Part shown: in pieces, positions 59,235 to 64,000 of the stretch | Layout of the letters: the number at the start of each line of letters is the position of its first letter | Position numbering within the stretch: position 1 is the first letter of the stretch | Source: Paraphysomonas bandaiensis | Lineage: Eukaryota > Protista > Chrysophyceae | DNA length: 64,000 nt | Assembly (NCBI GenBank): GCA_965644295.1 | Contig: CBFFRP010000210.1 | Span: forward strand, 62,001 to 126,000 | Reading direction: 5' to 3' | Translations under genes and position numbers: made by a program | Notes under the pieces: model-generated | What the model was told of the DNA's origin: nothing | Seen by the model: the letters and a program-made list of their open reading frames with translations, nothing else | Database searches by the model: none

Positions 59235-60605
59235 ATGACAACAAGAGAGAGAGAAGAGACAGAAGATACAGACAACAAGCGTCCTCGTGTATCTGGAGAT
59301 GACGATGTCGATGAGGATATTTGTATCGTATGTATGCGCAGTAGAGATGAGCTTCTAGCAGCAGATACTCCTATGACTGATCAACACAGTTGTTCTCAAT
59401 GCAATAAATCCTCATGGAGTATTTGTGAGGAGTGTGAAGAGCATCATCTCAGTCGTAAGTGTCCTGTATGTAGAGGACAGTATGCTCCTGTAGTGCTCCA
59501 TGAGTTCCCTGATATTAATCCGGATCTCTGCAGCAGCCAGCTGAATATCGAAGCGAAACTATTCCAGGCTAAGATGGCTCTATTAATTAAGCTATTGTGT
59601 GGCTCCAACACAGCTCTGTATCTACCGGAACAGGACGTACTGCGGTTTTTTCTGCCTCAGGACTTCGATGCCACTGATCAAGAGTCGAAGTTCATTCAGA
59701 TTGACATCACAGGTGCACATGAAAAGATTGTGGATGGAAGATTTGAATTTACAGACAAAATATGGGATGAGTTGGAGGATGCTCAGGGAGTTTTGGATGA
59801 AGGGGCGAACGCGGCTCATCCAGTCGATGAAGCACAAGACGTAGGTGTCCCTCAGACTAACCAAAACAACACCGCGGCAGATGCAACGTTAAATAACACA
59901 GTAGAAAGTGCTCCGGAAGCTACGAGAGATAATTCTTCTCCTACTAACTCGTATACTTACACACCCATTAACCTCGACGATTGCCCCACAGAATATTCCC
60001 GAAGAGTGAACGAGACATTTTTAGATACCGCGGAAGACATACGTTTCAAGGTGATAGCTGTATGCTCATGTTCGGGGAGAACTGAACATTTTTTCAAGTT
60101 CTACAACACTACCAAGTATCCAGATGGGGCTCCTGAAGATCCTGATGAGTGCGAGTACACGCCGTGTAGAGAGATTCTTAGTGCCGATTATGTGGCTTGG
60201 GATGCTGACCATGTTGACTGGGTTCTCTGTGTTGCGTGTTCAAAGTGGCGCCAGCTACCAAAACGAAATTCTCCTTTGTACCCGACATCTTTGCCTGACG
60301 ATTGGCAATGCAATATGAACACCTGGGACGACAAAAATTCCTGTGAAACACCAGAAGACCCCTATGATGACGCTCCTGTAGCGAATACTGCCCCACAAAC
60401 AGATGGTCCACCGAATGATTCAATTGACTCAGAGGGTATGCTGGATTTATGCGAAGTGTGCCGGCGTATTACGAGAGAGTTGAGAAACACCCCTGGGGCC
60501 AAGTATTTCACTCGCTTAGCTCCCGATATAGTGCATGATATCATTCGGGTAGCCATGACGAGGGGACAAGCAGATCAGCAGAGCGAGTGTCGTCTGGTAA
60601 TATGA
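59235..60605 (+). CDS. RING-like zinc finger plus CW-type zinc finger protein
   Basis: CIVC...CSQC...CEEC..H....CPVCR; WVLCVACSKWRQLP...WQCNMNTW...C (zf-CW); N-terminal KRPR NLS. Confidence 0.85.
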   Translation: MTTREREETEDTDNKRPRVSGDDDVDEDICIVCMRSRDELLAADTPMTDQHSCSQCNKSSWSICEECEEHHLSRKCPVCRGQYAPVVLHEFPDINPDLCSSQLNIEAKLFQAKMALLIKLLCGSNTALYLPEQDVLRFFLPQDFDATDQESKFIQIDITGAHEKIVDGRFEFTDKIWDELEDAQGVLDEGANAAHPVDEAQDVGVPQTNQNNTAADATLNNTVESAPEATRDNSSPTNSYTYTPINLDDCPTEYSRRVNETFLDTAEDIRFKVIAVCSCSGRTEHFFKFYNTTKYPDGAPEDPDECEYTPCREILSADYVAWDADHVDWVLCVACSKWRQLPKRNSPLYPTSLPDDWQCNMNTWDDKNSCETPEDPYDDAPVANTAPQTDGPPNDSIDSEGMLDLCEVCRRITRELRNTPGAKYFTRLAPDIVHDIIRVAMTRGQADQQSECRLVI

Positions 60606-62526
60606 TTGCACTGATGCATCGTGACAGTTTCTGTTGGACAGAAAAGGTCCATGTTGGATATTGTAGTTCATTAAGACATATCAAGTATTAATATTCTATA
60701 ATGCATGAAATTTTAGTCGTCTTGTTGTGTTTGTGGAATTCATTCCGCTGGGGAGTAGGGTGCGGGGGAACACGACCTCACTGCTTTCTGTCAGTACTTC
60801 AAGAACAAAATGAATCGAATATAAGAGAATCTGTCAATGACATGTTAATATGCCATGTAAGAAAACAACTGACGTGAGTGTGGAGTGTCTAAACTAAAAC
60901 ATTTAAATTGAAAGAACTTCTCTTGAATAGCCATAGATGTGGTCGTGGTCGTGAAGGTATTCTAAGCATTCGAAAGATATTAGATAGAAAACAACGGGTT
61001 ACTTATGATACTTGAAACAATCCAAAAGTTTATTTTACTTCTCATATTCAGTGGATGCTACTTGTTGGATGTTTCTCGATGATAGTGTTGTAGAATACGT
61101 TAAATACAAAACAGTAATACGTAGTCAAAGATACTATATAGCTATAACAGTGACACTGAAGTATTGTATCATGACGATTCAAAATACGGAAGTAGAGCAG
61201 TGGTTGGTGGTTGACACGAAAGAAATATGTTATCATCTTGTTGAAAAAGAGTCTACCTGGCTTGATTACAATAAACTTCTCTTAACGATCTTAAATGTGT
61301 GAAAATCACCTAGTCAATACACGAGCTTTAGACTTCTGGCTTTGTAACCGTTCCAGGCAATGGTGTCGTGCTCGGCGCCTCATCTTGTACTCTTCTTTTG
61401 GTCACTTTTTCAACCTGTTGCTCCTCTGGAAATAAGGAATTAAATCTGTTCTTCTCTGGTTCGCCTTTGCTCGTAAAAGATCTTTACGAGCCTTTTCCTC
61501 CTCTATATACAGTTTGGCGGTGACTAATAATTTTAGACCAATGACGTACACGGGTAAGATTTTCCCGGTATATCGTAGTGATAGATGGAACTGTTTTTCG
61601 TGATATTTATCACTTTGCAAGCGTTACACACTTGCTGCACCTTATAAATATAGCGTCTGTAAACTATAATAAATAGTCCCTTGCTTGCATACGCTCGCTA
61701 GAAGTTGTTGCTGCGAGATAATTTTGGAGAAATAGTTGAGACATACGAAGGTTTGATTATGTGCAATAAACAAAGAAACAAATTCGAATATCATTGCGGC
61801 ACTCTGCAACGTACATGACAATTGTTCCGTCATGCAGAATACATGTATAACTAACTAAATGAATGGAAAGTATAATATACATCACTACAGTTTTAGTTTA
61901 CATCAAATAGTTCATGCGAATATGGCATACGATGATTTATGTATGTTGTACTATTAACCGAAGTGTAGAATCATTGCGGCGATCTACAACATACACCACA
62001 ATGCCCTTAAATTCTAGTTCGCTGTAAAGTCTTCATGATAAAGCATAATGATATATATACAATGCCATCTATCTTCAGCTCATCTATCTCCCTCCATTGT
62101 TTCATTCTCTTTGGATATCTTTGCAAATGGACTGCTGCAGAAGAGCTTCATGTAAACACTTTTTGTCTTATGCCTCATCCCTTGATTACTCTATCTGAAA
62201 CTCTTTCAAAAGATATCGAATGACGATTCATCCAGGGGACAGTCTTCATCTAGTAGGGGTGTATGATTGTAACGAGCACTTCATGATAATGGGATTGTGT
62301 GGTCCCCACTGTGGTCATTATTTGGGTGAACTTCCTGCATCATTACAGCATAAAATTGATGAAATTAAGTTTCTACAGTGGGCAGAGCAACACAAGAGAA
62401 TGTTCCGAATAGTTTTAATATGAAGATATGCTCATTGGGATGTGGTTATGTAGATATGAAGAGCCCGCCATCCCCATTCGATCATAAGAAGGAGAATATT
62501 CACGTATACATACACAACGAGAACCG

Positions 62527-62600
62527 GGTGCTCCCCTCCGGTGTGGGTGCTGCCCCTCCGGTGTGGGTGCTGCCCCTCCGGTGTGGGTGCTGCCCCTCCG
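62527..62600 (+). repeat. GC-rich 21-bp tandem repeat, about 3.5 copies
   Basis: (GGTGCTGCCCCTCCGGTGTGG)n. Confidence 0.9.
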
Positions 62601-63266
62601 ATGTTGGTATACAGTCAGCTCGCGTTAAGATAGCAGATATATGGTGACGAATCTCGTTTTGATAGCGGAATTTTGCTTGGTACGGGATTTTCTGCAAAAA
62701 AACCTATTTTTTGTAGAAATACCTATTTTTTGTTTAAAACCCTGCTTTTTATGATTTTAATGTGGAAAACCTTATTTTTGGTGATATTTATGATATATCA
62801 TATACGGGATACGTGCAGAGAGTACAATAGACATGAATGCATCATTCATTACATATACTTACATTACTTCATCTGCTGTATGTGGCGATGTCAGAGAAGT
62901 GCAGCATTGGTACCAAGCGCAAGAAATCGTTGAGTTGTAGCATGTAGCATATACGTAGTGTATGTAGGAATACAGCAGCAGACAGTGTATACCATCTACT
63001 GTATACCATCTACTGTATACCATACGTATAAGGACGCATATGACGATCTTATGTTCGTAGATTGAACCCCAGCAGATACACGCCAACATACATACACAGC
63101 AGAGCAGAGCAGCATATACACTCAGATGGTATGTACAAGAGACATTGGAGTAATAGAGGGATAGAAGAGGGTACATCAGTGTATACTTTACGACAAGACA
63201 CTGATAGGAAGGCTTTCATATGGTGTTAGACCGTATCAACATATAGCTGCATATACATAGTGAACT

Positions 63267-63932
63267 ATGAAACAAACTACGCATATTATAGTCCGACAAA
63301 GAGTTGTTAAAGCTGATGAGATCATTCAAGTCAACAATGGTGTTGATCCTGAACTATTATTGAAAACATTGAGAGGTATAGATCACAGATACATTAAAGA
63401 GAAAGGCGATAGTGTACGTGCGATGATAATAAGGAGAATGTTTGAAGAGATATGTTATCCTCCTATAGATTTTGTAGGATTAACTGATTGGTTTGATGAC
63501 ACATTGCACATATCTCTTCCAACAGGTGAGTTGAGAAATCTTCTTAAATATATTGGGTTATACAAACCATTGGAGTATCAGCAACCGAAGGATGCACTTG
63601 CTCATTTTTTAAAGGAGTGTGACCTAACTCCACCGACTCCACTTACACAGGTCGCCTGGTTAGATGAAATAATTTCTCTAGAGAGATACCGCGTTGCATG
63701 CCAAATAAATCCTCATGGAGAGCCACCACCTACAGCTAGTATCAAGGTGAGAACTGAGGAGCCGAAAATGTCTAGAGTGCTTAGCTTCATCGGAAGTATG
63801 TGGATAAAAGGCTCCTCGTCATCACTTGTTCGAAGAACCAATAATTCTAAGAAGTCTACGAGCCTTAAAGCCAAAGTACATGTCACCACTGTCGCTGGGT
63901 CAAGGAGAAGGGGACGAAGAGGCACCGTATAG
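63267..63932 (+). CDS. Hypothetical protein (221 aa, basic C-terminus)
   Basis: ATG-initiated intronless ORF; no family recognised. Confidence 0.6.
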   Translation: MKQTTHIIVRQRVVKADEIIQVNNGVDPELLLKTLRGIDHRYIKEKGDSVRAMIIRRMFEEICYPPIDFVGLTDWFDDTLHISLPTGELRNLLKYIGLYKPLEYQQPKDALAHFLKECDLTPPTPLTQVAWLDEIISLERYRVACQINPHGEPPPTASIKVRTEEPKMSRVLSFIGSMWIKGSSSSLVRRTNNSKKSTSLKAKVHVTTVAGSRRRGRRGTV

Positions 63933-64000
63933 CAATCATACAATCGACTTCTGTGTCAATCACTATGTGATATAACAAAGTTATTGTTGTTCTCTACGTG

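Noticed and set aside
62035-62520. Possible decayed secreted-protein gene (IHPGDSLHLVGVYDC)
   Set aside because: Short broken frames with no family assignable with confidence.

Overview
Gene-dense eukaryotic nuclear DNA with short (about 45-120 bp) GT-AG introns. A stramenopile, probably chrysophyte-like ochrophyte, is inferred from PTSx repeats, a PTPS-III and the gene families present; this is not proven. About 17 apparently intact host genes are present: an FG-GAP/lipase/RTX-like membrane protein, peptide deformylase, a mitochondrial cyclophilin-like protein, CDC37, an AGC kinase, an F-box/ankyrin-repeat protein, PTPS-III, a prenylated LRR protein, MORN, EF-hand, cytochrome P450, WD40, an OFA-family MFS transporter, UPF0489, a RING+CW protein and several hypotheticals. 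A transposon nest spans about 6.3-19.6 kb. It holds a doubly deleted Ty1/copia element with an intact 5-bp TSD, a decayed DUF7869/Sola-like transposase, two convergent decayed piggyBac-like transposases, and a near-perfect triple tandem of a 243-bp unit that folds extensively on the + strand. The window also has a LINE 3' remnant, a probable 5S-rRNA-derived SINE family (four copies share one 3' tail), several MITEs and palindromes including a 47-bp hAT-type element with a perfect 8-bp TSD, a 261-bp-arm foldback, and long (TACA)n microsatellites that sit at gene 5' ends. All calls come from reading motifs by eye; no database searches were run.
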